A DNA stretch of 64,000 nt from an uncultured Alphaproteobacteria bacterium (GTDB taxonomy: Bacteria; Electryoneota; RPQS01). The notes under the pieces were generated by a model. That model saw only the letters and a list, made by a program, of their open reading frames with translations. It did not search any database and was not told the DNA's origin. Position 1 is the first letter of the stretch; every line of letters begins with the position of its first letter. The translations under genes were made by a program, and so were the position numbers. Shown one piece after another: positions 52,976 through 61,600 of this stretch. The stretch is taken from NCBI GenBank assembly GCA_964530625.1, contig CAZHAK010000003.1, positions 35,476 to 99,475 of the forward strand, read 5' to 3'.

Positions 52976-54559
52976 TTAAAAACGATATCCCAGCGCGACA
53001 TTCATCAGCGTGACGTCGCGGCCATCGCCGAAGCCTTGCTCAAGCTCAAGCGAAGCATAGGTGCGTCGAGCCAAATCAAAATCGAACATCACGGCAAGCC
53101 ACTGTTGTGACACCGTTGTTGACGTCGTGTTCAATTCATAGTCGTTGGTTCCGCCTTCGACACCGACTCGCAGCCATGTCGCCGCTTCGCGTGAGACAAA
53201 AAGCGAAGGTTGTGTTCCCGTGCTGTACTGCGAATCAAACCAGCGGAATCGTGCAAATATAGAGATTGCGGAAGCGCCGAGACTAGTCGTGCCCAGCCTA
53301 AGCCAACCGCTCGTTGCTTGAGCTTTGTTTCCGTCTCTGTCGCGCAGACCAATTCCTGCTTCAGCAGTATACGATTTCCCAAATCGCGAGTCCAGACTTG
53401 CGCGAAAGCCCTGCCGTTGCGCGCTGTCGAAAAGGCTGTCCGGAATCGTGCGAGTTTCGGCAGTGTAGTAGTTTGTTCGGTTGTCATAGCCTAGTGAAAC
53501 GGATAACTCGCGCGCGAAACTGTAGCGCGCGTCCAACAGCACGGATGCAAGTGTGATGGACGACCCTTCTGCGTCTTTCAACCACCCCCGATTCAAATTG
53601 ATTTCCGTGCTTTCAAACAGCCGTAGCTTGCCGCCGGAAACAAATGAGAGTTGTTGATAGATGAACTCGCGGCTGACTTCACCCTTCAGATAGCGCCCGG
53701 CAAGCGATGCGGTGGTTTGCAAGGATTGTGAATTAGACAACTTCTGTTTGTAGGCAACGAATGCGCCGACTTTGGTCACGTCAGTTTGGATGCGCGTATT
53801 TTGTAAGTCCGGCTCGAGTCCGCCGACGGCGCCGAGTGCGAAACTGTGGTTCAAGTCGTACTTTACGTAGGCTCCGTCCAGATAGCCCATGCCGCGAGTT
53901 TCGCGACGCAGCACTCGTCCCGCGCCCGCCTGAATCGGCTTATCTTTAGGTTCGTAGGCGATGAGCGCCTCATAGATGCGATTTGTTGACGCGCTGCGAT
54001 CGTCACTTGCGCGCATTGTTCGGCGTAGTCTTAAATTTGTCCGTGCAGAGAAATCGCTTCCACCGATTCTTCTGAGCGAGGCGCGTAAGCTCATCGCAGG
54101 TTCGGTATAATCATAATTGACGGCTCCTTGATCATCCTGTATTGTGTACTCAACACCAATTCTGCCTGTCAGTTCATTGGCGTGTCCAATTGTGAACAGT
54201 TCTGTTTGTTGAGCATCTGTCGCTTGTACTGGCATTACTGTTTCGACTTCAGCAGGAACTGGAGCGGCGGATGTCTCAGCTCCAGAGGCGAACACCAGCG
54301 CCACATCGTCCCGCGCAATGATTCCGGCGAGATTCTTCATTTCACATGAAGAAGAATTCTCTGAGACAAAACTGACAATGATGCGAGCGAGTTCTGCTTC
54401 ACCGCGAGAAATGACTACCGAGTCACCAGGCGTAATTCCCGCTGCGCGGCCTGCAGAAAGATAAACCGTTGTCGCTGACACATATTGAACCGTAGTCTTG
54501 ATCTCAACGGCGAACGCTACAGAGATTGATGCAAGTAGAGCTATGAGTGATACTCTCAC
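52976..54559 (-). CDS. outer-membrane beta-barrel protein (candidate porin of the cytochrome cluster)
   Basis: Signal peptide MRVSLIALLASISVAFA and a ~95-aa N-terminal soluble domain. Then long alternating-pattern strands rich in Y/G/R. The terminal sequence ...VALGYRF has the aromatic last residue typical of OMPs. The GTGA start overlaps the upstream cytochrome stop. Confidence 0.7.
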   Translation of the reverse strand: MRVSLIALLASISVAFAVEIKTTVQYVSATTVYLSAGRAAGITPGDSVVISRGEAELARIIVSFVSENSSSCEMKNLAGIIARDDVALVFASGAETSAAPVPAEVETVMPVQATDAQQTELFTIGHANELTGRIGVEYTIQDDQGAVNYDYTEPAMSLRASLRRIGGSDFSARTNLRLRRTMRASDDRSASTNRIYEALIAYEPKDKPIQAGAGRVLRRETRGMGYLDGAYVKYDLNHSFALGAVGGLEPDLQNTRIQTDVTKVGAFVAYKQKLSNSQSLQTTASLAGRYLKGEVSREFIYQQLSFVSGGKLRLFESTEINLNRGWLKDAEGSSITLASVLLDARYSFARELSVSLGYDNRTNYYTAETRTIPDSLFDSAQRQGFRASLDSRFGKSYTAEAGIGLRDRDGNKAQATSGWLRLGTTSLGASAISIFARFRWFDSQYSTGTQPSLFVSREAATWLRVGVEGGTNDYELNTTSTTVSQQWLAVMFDFDLARRTYASLELEQGFGDGRDVTLMNVALGYRF

Positions 54560-56751
54560 TTCTGCACCTCTGCTTTTGTCGGCTGCACTCTGCGCGGCGG
54601 ATTTGTACGACGGTTGGGCCGCCCATCACCGTCGGGATGGCACTCAAAGCAAGATGTCGGTGTGTAAGCGTAACCGCCGACGTCTTCATGATCGTCGTCC
54701 ACGTCGCCTTGGTCGCTGTGTTCATGACACTCGATGCAACTGAACAAAATGAAACTGCCGTTTGTCGTGTGGCATTCGATGCATTGATTCCATTCATCAC
54801 GATGGCGGCCCGAGTAGATCGGGAAATGCTGCTGATCGTGATCGAATGTCGAGTTCCAGTTGTTCGTCGTATGACAGTCCACGCACTCTTGCGGGTAGCC
54901 GGCGTTGTGATCCGGTGACGCGCTATTGAAGTCCGATTGATGGCAGAACCAGCAGTCCGTCGGGGTGTTTTCAAACTGACCACCGACGTGACAAGCGAGA
55001 CAACTGACGGAAATATGAGCGCCGGTCAAGGGAAAGTCTGTGCCGTTGTGATTGAAGTCGCTATCCCAATCAGTCGTATTATGGCACTGTGAGCAATCGT
55101 GCGGATAGTTCGCTTGGACGTGATCGTCCGCGTCGTTGTAATCCGCTTCGTGGCATGACCAGCAGTCGGTTGGTGTGCCTGTGTATTGTCCGCCGATGTG
55201 GCACTGTGCGCAGTCTGTTTGGACATGTGCTCCTGTCAATGGAAAATTGGTCAATGCGTGATCAAACGTGGTCTCCGTCCAGTTGTCCGTGGAGTGACAA
55301 ACCGTGCAGGTATGCGGGTACATTTCTGTAGCGTGATTCGGATCCGTTGTGTTCGTGTAGTCTTGTTCATGGCAGGACCAACAGTCTGTAGGAGTGCCGG
55401 TGAACTGCCCGTTGATATGGCACTCAGCACAATCGATCAAGATATGCGCCCCGGTCAAGGGGAAGTCGGACAGGTTGTGATCAAACGTTGTTTCTGTCCA
55501 ATTGTTTGTGGAGTGACAGTCCGTGCACGTTTGCGGGTACTGTCCTGCCGCATGATCTGGATCCGTTGTCTCTGAATAATCGGTTTCGTGACAAGACCAG
55601 CAGTCTATCGGTGTTCCCGTGAACTGTCCGCCGGCATGACACTGCGCGCAATCAGTCTGAATGTGCGCACCTGTCAACGGAAACAGAGTCAGGTCGTGAT
55701 TCATAAATTCAGCGGGGCGCCATGCCGTTGTGGTGTGACACTGATCACATGCATTTGGAAACGCGTTACCCGTGTGAGTGGGATTTGTTGCTGATGTATA
55801 ATCCGTTGAATGGCAGTCGACACATACGGTTGTCGTTCCCGTGTATTGTCCGCCGACGTGGCATTGCGCGCAGTCCGTTTGCACATGTGCGCCCGTCAAC
55901 GGAAAGGAAGTCTGGTTGTGATTTTCAAATTGCGCGGGCCGCCACGCCGTGGTAGTGTGACACTGTTCGCATGTATTCGGGAATGCGGATTCGTCGTGGG
56001 TTGGATTTACCGCTGTTGTGTAATCTGTCGAATGGCACTCAATACACGCGCCGCCTGTGTTCGCAAATCCTGACGTGTGACAGGCTTGACAGTCGTTCAA
56101 CGCGTGCCCGCCTGTCAAGGGAAAGGCTTGCGGATGCGAGAACGCTGCATTCTTCCATTGCGCCACCGTTACATCGTGACATTCGCTGCAAGTCCTTGAG
56201 AAACCTGCGTTCAAATGATTCGGATTTGTTGTGCCCGCGAACTCAGCGGCATGGCAGCTTCCACAGTCCGTGGCAAGCGCCGTATATTGACCCGTCGCAT
56301 GACAGCTTTGACAATCGAGCGTGCCATGAACACCGATCAAGGGCATGCGCGTCGTCTCGTGCAGTCTGCGAAAGTGTCCGTCGTCGGCCCACTGAATCGG
56401 TGTATGGCACTCGCTGCAATTTGCCGAAAACTGTCCGCGATGGACGTCGGTGTGGCAATCCAGGCACTCACTACCCGCGTCGCTGAACACGAGAGACGTA
56501 TGGCACGAGATACAAGCGACGTTCGAGTGCCGTCCCACCAGTGGATACTGGGTTTGCGTCTCATGTGAAAACTCCATTTCAGTTCGCAACTGCTTCCAGC
56601 CGGCAGTCGAGTGGCACTGCTGACAATCCAACGTCAGTTTGCCGTGCGGAGACTCCAACGCAGCTTCAGTGCTGACGCAAATCGTAAGCATTGTAAGGCA
56701 AAGAGGCAGAAACAAACGCGCGCGAAGTAGCTTAACGAGTATATGTCTCAT
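54556..56751 (-). CDS. multihaem c-type cytochrome, 28 CxxCH motifs
   Basis: Signal peptide. I counted 28 CxxCH in 731 aa. It is built from ~70-74-aa tandem modules, each starting (F/Y/M)PL(T/V/I)G.H. Confidence 0.9.
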   Translation of the reverse strand: MRHILVKLLRARLFLPLCLTMLTICVSTEAALESPHGKLTLDCQQCHSTAGWKQLRTEMEFSHETQTQYPLVGRHSNVACISCHTSLVFSDAGSECLDCHTDVHRGQFSANCSECHTPIQWADDGHFRRLHETTRMPLIGVHGTLDCQSCHATGQYTALATDCGSCHAAEFAGTTNPNHLNAGFSRTCSECHDVTVAQWKNAAFSHPQAFPLTGGHALNDCQACHTSGFANTGGACIECHSTDYTTAVNPTHDESAFPNTCEQCHTTTAWRPAQFENHNQTSFPLTGAHVQTDCAQCHVGGQYTGTTTVCVDCHSTDYTSATNPTHTGNAFPNACDQCHTTTAWRPAEFMNHDLTLFPLTGAHIQTDCAQCHAGGQFTGTPIDCWSCHETDYSETTDPDHAAGQYPQTCTDCHSTNNWTETTFDHNLSDFPLTGAHILIDCAECHINGQFTGTPTDCWSCHEQDYTNTTDPNHATEMYPHTCTVCHSTDNWTETTFDHALTNFPLTGAHVQTDCAQCHIGGQYTGTPTDCWSCHEADYNDADDHVQANYPHDCSQCHNTTDWDSDFNHNGTDFPLTGAHISVSCLACHVGGQFENTPTDCWFCHQSDFNSASPDHNAGYPQECVDCHTTNNWNSTFDHDQQHFPIYSGRHRDEWNQCIECHTTNGSFILFSCIECHEHSDQGDVDDDHEDVGGYAYTPTSCFECHPDGDGRPNRRTNPPRRVQPTKAEVQK

Positions 56752-58439
56752 GGTTGTGAGAGAGTTGTTCCGCCGTGACAGTCACTACACGCGGAAGGGA
56801 GGGGACGATATATTACGTAGCTGCCTTCAGAGTCGGGGTGACTCTTGTGGCAGGAGTTGCAAGCGACGTTTTGATGTGCGCCATCAAGCGTCCAACGCGA
56901 ATCGCGATTGTGATCGAATGTGAGAATGTTCCATGCTTCCGGCGTGTGACAGCGCTGGCAATCATTGGTGACAGCTTCCGCCGAATCTAAAACGAATTGT
57001 CCGCGGTGCGGATCAGCGTGACAGAGTTCGCATTGCCGCGCTAACGGTGACATGCGAATCAGCTCCGATTCCGTGCCAACATTTTCGCGGACATGACAGC
57101 CCACGCAAGCAGTTTGGTCATGTCTTCCGACTAAGGGGAATCTCGTGGAGTCGTGGTTGAACGTCACTTGACGCCAGCTCTCCACGTTGTGGCAGAATTC
57201 GCAGCCCCCGCTTTGCGTATAACTGTCAAGCTGTCCACGGTGTACATCCGAGTGACAACCTTTGCAGCTCTGATCTGCGAAATTAAATCGCGCGTATTGA
57301 CCAAGCTTGTCAGAAAGTTCCGATGCGTGACAGGCGATGCAGGGAATCGCCAAGTGGCTGCCCGCGAGCGGAAACTTCGATTTCCCATGTTCAGCAATAC
57401 CATACCGCGCCGGTACAAATCCATCCACGGTGTGACATGACTCGCAAGCTCCCTTATCCACTCGGTCGGCAAACTGACTCCGATGCCGGTCTTTGTGACA
57501 GTCTTTGCACGCGGTATGGGAGAGCGGATCTGTCATCTTTCCGGATGTATGACACTTCACGCACTGTACGCCAACGTGCCTTCCAGTCAGTGGAAAGTCT
57601 GTCTTATTATGATCAAAGTCCGTGGCCATGCGCGCCACCGCGAAACTTTCCGTCGTGTGGCATCCAGCGCAGTTCGATCCGAATTTGCCTTTGTGAATGT
57701 CGTTATGGCACGACTTGCAAGTTGAAAAGTCAAGGCCTTGATAGGTTGTTCGTAAAAGGGGATGACTCGGATCCGGAATGCGATTGGCCACAGCCTCTGT
57801 AACCTGTTCAGCCTTATGACACTTTGCGCATTCCACGCGAGAATGCTTTCCCGTCAACGGATACTTGGATTTGTCATGGGAAAATAACGAAGCAGGAATC
57901 CATTTGTCCGCGTTATGGCAGGACGCACAGTCATTCGTCAATTGTTCAGCATGCTCGTCAGCGTGACACGATATGCAGTCCGGCGTAAGTCCGAGTAACG
58001 TTTCTGCGCTGCTTGTCGTTGAATCAAACGCGATCGCAAGACTGTTGTGATAAGCGGGAATATGACATGCCTGACACTTTTGCTTAGCATGCGCGCCCAC
58101 CAGCGCGTATCCCGTCAGCGAATGGTTAAACTTGTCCTGACCGTCATTCCAATAGACTAACTCAAAGTCGCGGCCAAAGTGCTCGCCGTGACACTTTGCG
58201 CAGCGCTGCGATTTCACCTCGGCGCTTGCATGATAGCCTTTATCCTCCTGCACTCTTTGGCCAATTGCGGTATGGCAGGATAGACATTTTGCGTCCGTCA
58301 CTTCCTCGCCCAAAACATGACACTGCGTACAATTGTTCAGCCCCTCAAGGTGCGCATGATAACGCGACAAATCGCCGGGTGAGATTTGCGCGGAAAGAGT
58401 CGACGCGAACGTAACTAAGGCGAGCCAGACAGTGCGCAT
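56748..58439 (-). CDS. multihaem c-type cytochrome, 20 CxxCH motifs
   Basis: Signal peptide MRTVWLALVTFASTLSAQ. 20 CxxCH in 563 aa. Same (F/Y)PL.G.H module logic. Confidence 0.9.
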   Translation of the reverse strand: MRTVWLALVTFASTLSAQISPGDLSRYHAHLEGLNNCTQCHVLGEEVTDAKCLSCHTAIGQRVQEDKGYHASAEVKSQRCAKCHGEHFGRDFELVYWNDGQDKFNHSLTGYALVGAHAKQKCQACHIPAYHNSLAIAFDSTTSSAETLLGLTPDCISCHADEHAEQLTNDCASCHNADKWIPASLFSHDKSKYPLTGKHSRVECAKCHKAEQVTEAVANRIPDPSHPLLRTTYQGLDFSTCKSCHNDIHKGKFGSNCAGCHTTESFAVARMATDFDHNKTDFPLTGRHVGVQCVKCHTSGKMTDPLSHTACKDCHKDRHRSQFADRVDKGACESCHTVDGFVPARYGIAEHGKSKFPLAGSHLAIPCIACHASELSDKLGQYARFNFADQSCKGCHSDVHRGQLDSYTQSGGCEFCHNVESWRQVTFNHDSTRFPLVGRHDQTACVGCHVRENVGTESELIRMSPLARQCELCHADPHRGQFVLDSAEAVTNDCQRCHTPEAWNILTFDHNRDSRWTLDGAHQNVACNSCHKSHPDSEGSYVIYRPLPSACSDCHGGTTLSQP

Positions 58440-58442
58440 TGC

Positions 58443-59027
58443 TTACGGATGAGTTGCAGGCTTTAGTTTAGGCAGCGCCCCGCGCGCGTACAGCGCGAGC
58501 GTGTCCTGCGGATGCAGCTGAATCAATTCAGCCCAGCTTTCACGCGCTGCGTCGTAATTGCCGCGATTAGCTTCTATTGCTCCCAAGTTGTAGAGCGCAC
58601 CTGCGTGACCCGGATGATCTCTTAACATTATCTTCAGCTCGCCGATGGCTTCGTCTGTGCGGCCGAGCGATGCAAGCGAGCGACTGATGTCCAACCGAAC
58701 AAGCCAGCCTTGCCTTGTTGTATCTGTCTTTAGGAATTCACGATAAAACTCAATTGCCTTTTCAAATTGGCCAGATGTGAAGTATAGATTTGCAAGTTCG
58801 AGCGCTATCGGACCATGCCCCGGAGCCGACTTCCACATCTCGAGCATTTGCTCCAAGGCCGGCTTCGCTGTCTGAGTGTGCTCGCGTGACATGGTTTCAA
58901 AACTCTGATCGCCACCCGACTGCGGAGCAGAATAGAGCCACACCAGCAATGCAGGAATAGCAAGCAACGCTATCGCAAACACCACGCGCGTTCTCTTCTG
59001 AGATGTTTGCGGAGACCCGTTACTCAT
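58443..59027 (-). CDS. membrane-anchored periplasmic TPR repeat protein
   Basis: KRTR followed by the TM helix VVFAIALLAIPALLVWLY, then TPR-like repeats (ANLYFTSGQFEKAIEFYREFL, ASLGRTDEAIGELKIML, GAIEANRGNYDAARESWAELI). Confidence 0.8.
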   Translation of the reverse strand: MSNGSPQTSQKRTRVVFAIALLAIPALLVWLYSAPQSGGDQSFETMSREHTQTAKPALEQMLEMWKSAPGHGPIALELANLYFTSGQFEKAIEFYREFLKTDTTRQGWLVRLDISRSLASLGRTDEAIGELKIMLRDHPGHAGALYNLGAIEANRGNYDAARESWAELIQLHPQDTLALYARGALPKLKPATHP

Positions 59028-59030
59028 AGA

Positions 59031-60341
59031 TTAGGCGGATCCAAATTTACGCTCAAATTCAATCCCGATACTCTGCAAGAATTCCGTTGGCAGCACGCCG
59101 CCGATCAAAACAAACACTTGGTCGTTTGTTAGCGTGACTTCTGTGCCCGCTTGATCAAGTACCACTCGCGCAGATTCAATCTGAGTCACATTGGAATTCA
59201 GGAGCAGCGTGACGCGCCCTTCTTCCACGGCTTTTTCGAGTCGCTCGCGATTGCCTTCCTTGATGCGGAAGATTTTATCTCCGCGATATGACAGATGTAC
59301 GGTATTGCCCGCTTGAGTTGAAAGAGCCGTCGCCGCTTCGACCGCGCTGTCACCGCCACCCACGACGAGAATCTTCTTGTGATGATACTTTGCGGGATCA
59401 AGCAGGCGGTAAGTTACCTTGTCGCGCTTTTCACCCGGACAACCAATTTTGCGCGGCGTTCCCCTGCGGCCAATAGCGAGCAATACCTTGCGCGTGACAT
59501 ACTCACCGCCCGAGGTCGTCACTTTGAAATGACCGTTCGTGCGTTCGATACTGATAACGCGTTCACCTTCGTGAATGTCTAGGTCATGTTTCCGCACGAC
59601 ATCGGACAACAGCTGCAGTAAAGGTTCCTTCTCAACCTCTCGCAGCTTCACCGTTCCATGAATCGGAAGCTCCATCGGTTGAAGCATGACGATCTTTTGG
59701 CGAGGATACGTGAAAATTGTCCCACCCAAATCATCCTGATCAACCGTCACATAGTGTAAACCCTGCTTTTTCGCTTGCAACGACGCTGAAATTCCGGCGG
59801 GGCCTGCGCCTACGATGACAAGATCAAGTGCTTCACCAACACGATCTATTTCAATTTGTTTGGAAAGATTTTCAACAGCCTGCCGTCCTTGCGAAACAGC
59901 GTTGCGAATCAAACCCATCCCGCCGAGCTCGCCCGCGATAAATACACCGGGCACATTGGTTTCAAATGTTCCTTTGACGTGCGGAATATCCACGCCGCGC
60001 TGTTCGGTGCCGAACACGAGCGTAATCGCATCCACCGGGCAGGCGCGTTGACACTCTCCGTGACCAATGCAGCGCGCCGGATTTACCAGCGCGGCCTTGC
60101 CATTAATCATTTGCAGAATGCCTTGCTCCGGACAAGCCTTGGTACAGGAGCCTGAGCCGATACAAACATCTGCATCAATCACCGGATGCAGTGAAACAGG
60201 TTGATCGAGTCCGGCCAGTGTGGACTGCTCCAATATAGTAGCCGCTCGTACGCTGCTCTTGCGCGCTCTTAATATGTAGAGTACCGGGAGTCCAACGACC
60301 AACATGCCAGTGACAACATAGATCAGTGTCTCAAGACTCAT
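59031..60341 (-). CDS. membrane-anchored ferredoxin-domain / FAD-NAD(P)-binding oxidoreductase (thioredoxin-reductase-like)
   Basis: N-terminal TM helix followed by RARK. Two Fe-S motifs, CIGSGSCTKACP and CIGHGECQRACP. Dinucleotide folds VIVGAGPAGISASL and ILVVGGGDSAVEAA. Confidence 0.85.
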   Translation of the reverse strand: MSLETLIYVVTGMLVVGLPVLYILRARKSSVRAATILEQSTLAGLDQPVSLHPVIDADVCIGSGSCTKACPEQGILQMINGKAALVNPARCIGHGECQRACPVDAITLVFGTEQRGVDIPHVKGTFETNVPGVFIAGELGGMGLIRNAVSQGRQAVENLSKQIEIDRVGEALDLVIVGAGPAGISASLQAKKQGLHYVTVDQDDLGGTIFTYPRQKIVMLQPMELPIHGTVKLREVEKEPLLQLLSDVVRKHDLDIHEGERVISIERTNGHFKVTTSGGEYVTRKVLLAIGRRGTPRKIGCPGEKRDKVTYRLLDPAKYHHKKILVVGGGDSAVEAATALSTQAGNTVHLSYRGDKIFRIKEGNRERLEKAVEEGRVTLLLNSNVTQIESARVVLDQAGTEVTLTNDQVFVLIGGVLPTEFLQSIGIEFERKFGSA

Positions 60342-60342
60342 G

Positions 60343-61203
60343 TCAGAAAATCCATGTGTAACCGAGTGTGACGGCGACCACGATATGCACCACCATGATA
60401 ATCAGCATAATGACGGCGAACGGTTTATGAAAAACGTGCCAGTGGTGGAGCAGTTTGCGCGCTGTCACCAAAAAAGCAATTCGGCGATCCAACGTAGCGC
60501 GTCTACGAGCGAGTGACACCAGATGCTTCGCGTCGTGCGCGGACAGCCCGGCGTCCTTCTGAAGGTTTGATTTCAATGCGCTGTAGCGGAGAATCGCGGT
60601 CATATCACGCATCAGCCACGTCATCATTCCTGCGCCTGCGTGGACGCTCTCGTTGGCAAACTCTTCAAGCAAATCAAGCGCCTTCGGATTGCCGCCTGCT
60701 TCCGCTGACAGTTGCGAGCGCACTTTGCTTTCGAGTTCCTGGAGTTCTGTCGCAGACATTTCCTCGCCGCTCAAGCTGCGCGGAATTTGCACATAAATAT
60801 ATCTTCCCACAACGCCACTTAGAGCGACTGCAATCATTGACCAAAAGGACACCGCGACAATTCCGCCGAACTTAAAGCTCGTATGAAACAGCACCAGTAT
60901 CGGCCCGGTCACGCCCATCCAGATGTGATAATTCAGCCAATAGCGGATGTCACCCCAGCCTTGCTGCATCGGGCGCCAACGCTTGCGCAAAGAGTACAGC
61001 AACATGATCACCATCAACGCGCTGCCCACGATGCCTGCGCCGTGCCCGATAAATCCGGACGGCTTCCACTCTTCATGCAAGTCATGTCGAGCGCGCTCCT
61101 GCATGGACAGCGCGTAATATTCGCTGCCGCCGTACGCGAGATAGACTGTCGCCAGCACGGTTAAGCTGTATAAAAATATGAGACTTAGACGATGCAATGA
61201 CAA
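60343..61203 (-). CDS. 5-TM membrane protein with two H-x13-H pairs (putative dihaem b-type electron carrier)
   Basis: TM3 YHIWMGVTGPILVLFHT (H93/H107) and TM5 FHKPFAVIMLIIMVVHIV (H259/H273). A ~110-aa charged loop separates TM4 and TM5. TTG start, uncertain. Confidence 0.65.
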   Translation of the reverse strand: MSLHRLSLIFLYSLTVLATVYLAYGGSEYYALSMQERARHDLHEEWKPSGFIGHGAGIVGSALMVIMLLYSLRKRWRPMQQGWGDIRYWLNYHIWMGVTGPILVLFHTSFKFGGIVAVSFWSMIAVALSGVVGRYIYVQIPRSLSGEEMSATELQELESKVRSQLSAEAGGNPKALDLLEEFANESVHAGAGMMTWLMRDMTAILRYSALKSNLQKDAGLSAHDAKHLVSLARRRATLDRRIAFLVTARKLLHHWHVFHKPFAVIMLIIMVVHIVVAVTLGYTWIF

Positions 61204-61235
61204 AGATATTCAGGGCAAAGACAAAGATATTCAGG
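61199..61235. promoter_or_regulatory. two 16-nt direct repeats phased 21 nt apart at the 5' end of the membrane-protein gene
   Basis: gacaaagatattcagg occurs at 61199-61214 and 61220-61235 (minus strand cctgaatatctttgtc x2), abutting the TTG start. Confidence 0.5.
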
Positions 61236-61600
61236 CGAAGTTAGTAGCAGATAAACTACGACTTTGTGGCTGTTTTTGCAACTGTTTACGGCATCAGATT
61301 ACATTATTGCTGCGCAAAGAAACGTCGCCGTTCGACACAGATATTGTCTTCAACATCCTATTTCAAATGCCGTGCCTGCCACTGAAGCCATAAATTTCAA
61401 AAGATCCACAATACTCCCGTATTCTCACCTAATTTCATAGGGAATTTAGGCGTTCGATTGCTCAATGCCTGTTTGTTGTAGTATGAACTGTGGCCTCGGC
61501 GCCTCATGCGACATTGAGTGTACAATTTGTCAAAGTGCAAAGTCAATAAGAAACCCGAACATATTATCCGGGCTTCCTGCTTTATGGTGTTTATGCAAAT

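Noticed and set aside
54504-54983. ORFs 54504..54983 (-) and 54547..54918 (+) at the cytochrome/barrel junction
   Set aside because: They are out of frame with, or antisense to, the 28-haem cytochrome, whose CxxCH periodicity fixes the true frame.
61364-61383. Minus-strand TGGCAGGCACGGCATTTG as a sigma-54 promoter for the lower cytochrome unit
   Set aside because: The GC dinucleotide is 10 nt rather than 12 nt from the GG. A scan of the gap for GCAA-N5-GTGCCA on the plus strand found nothing better.
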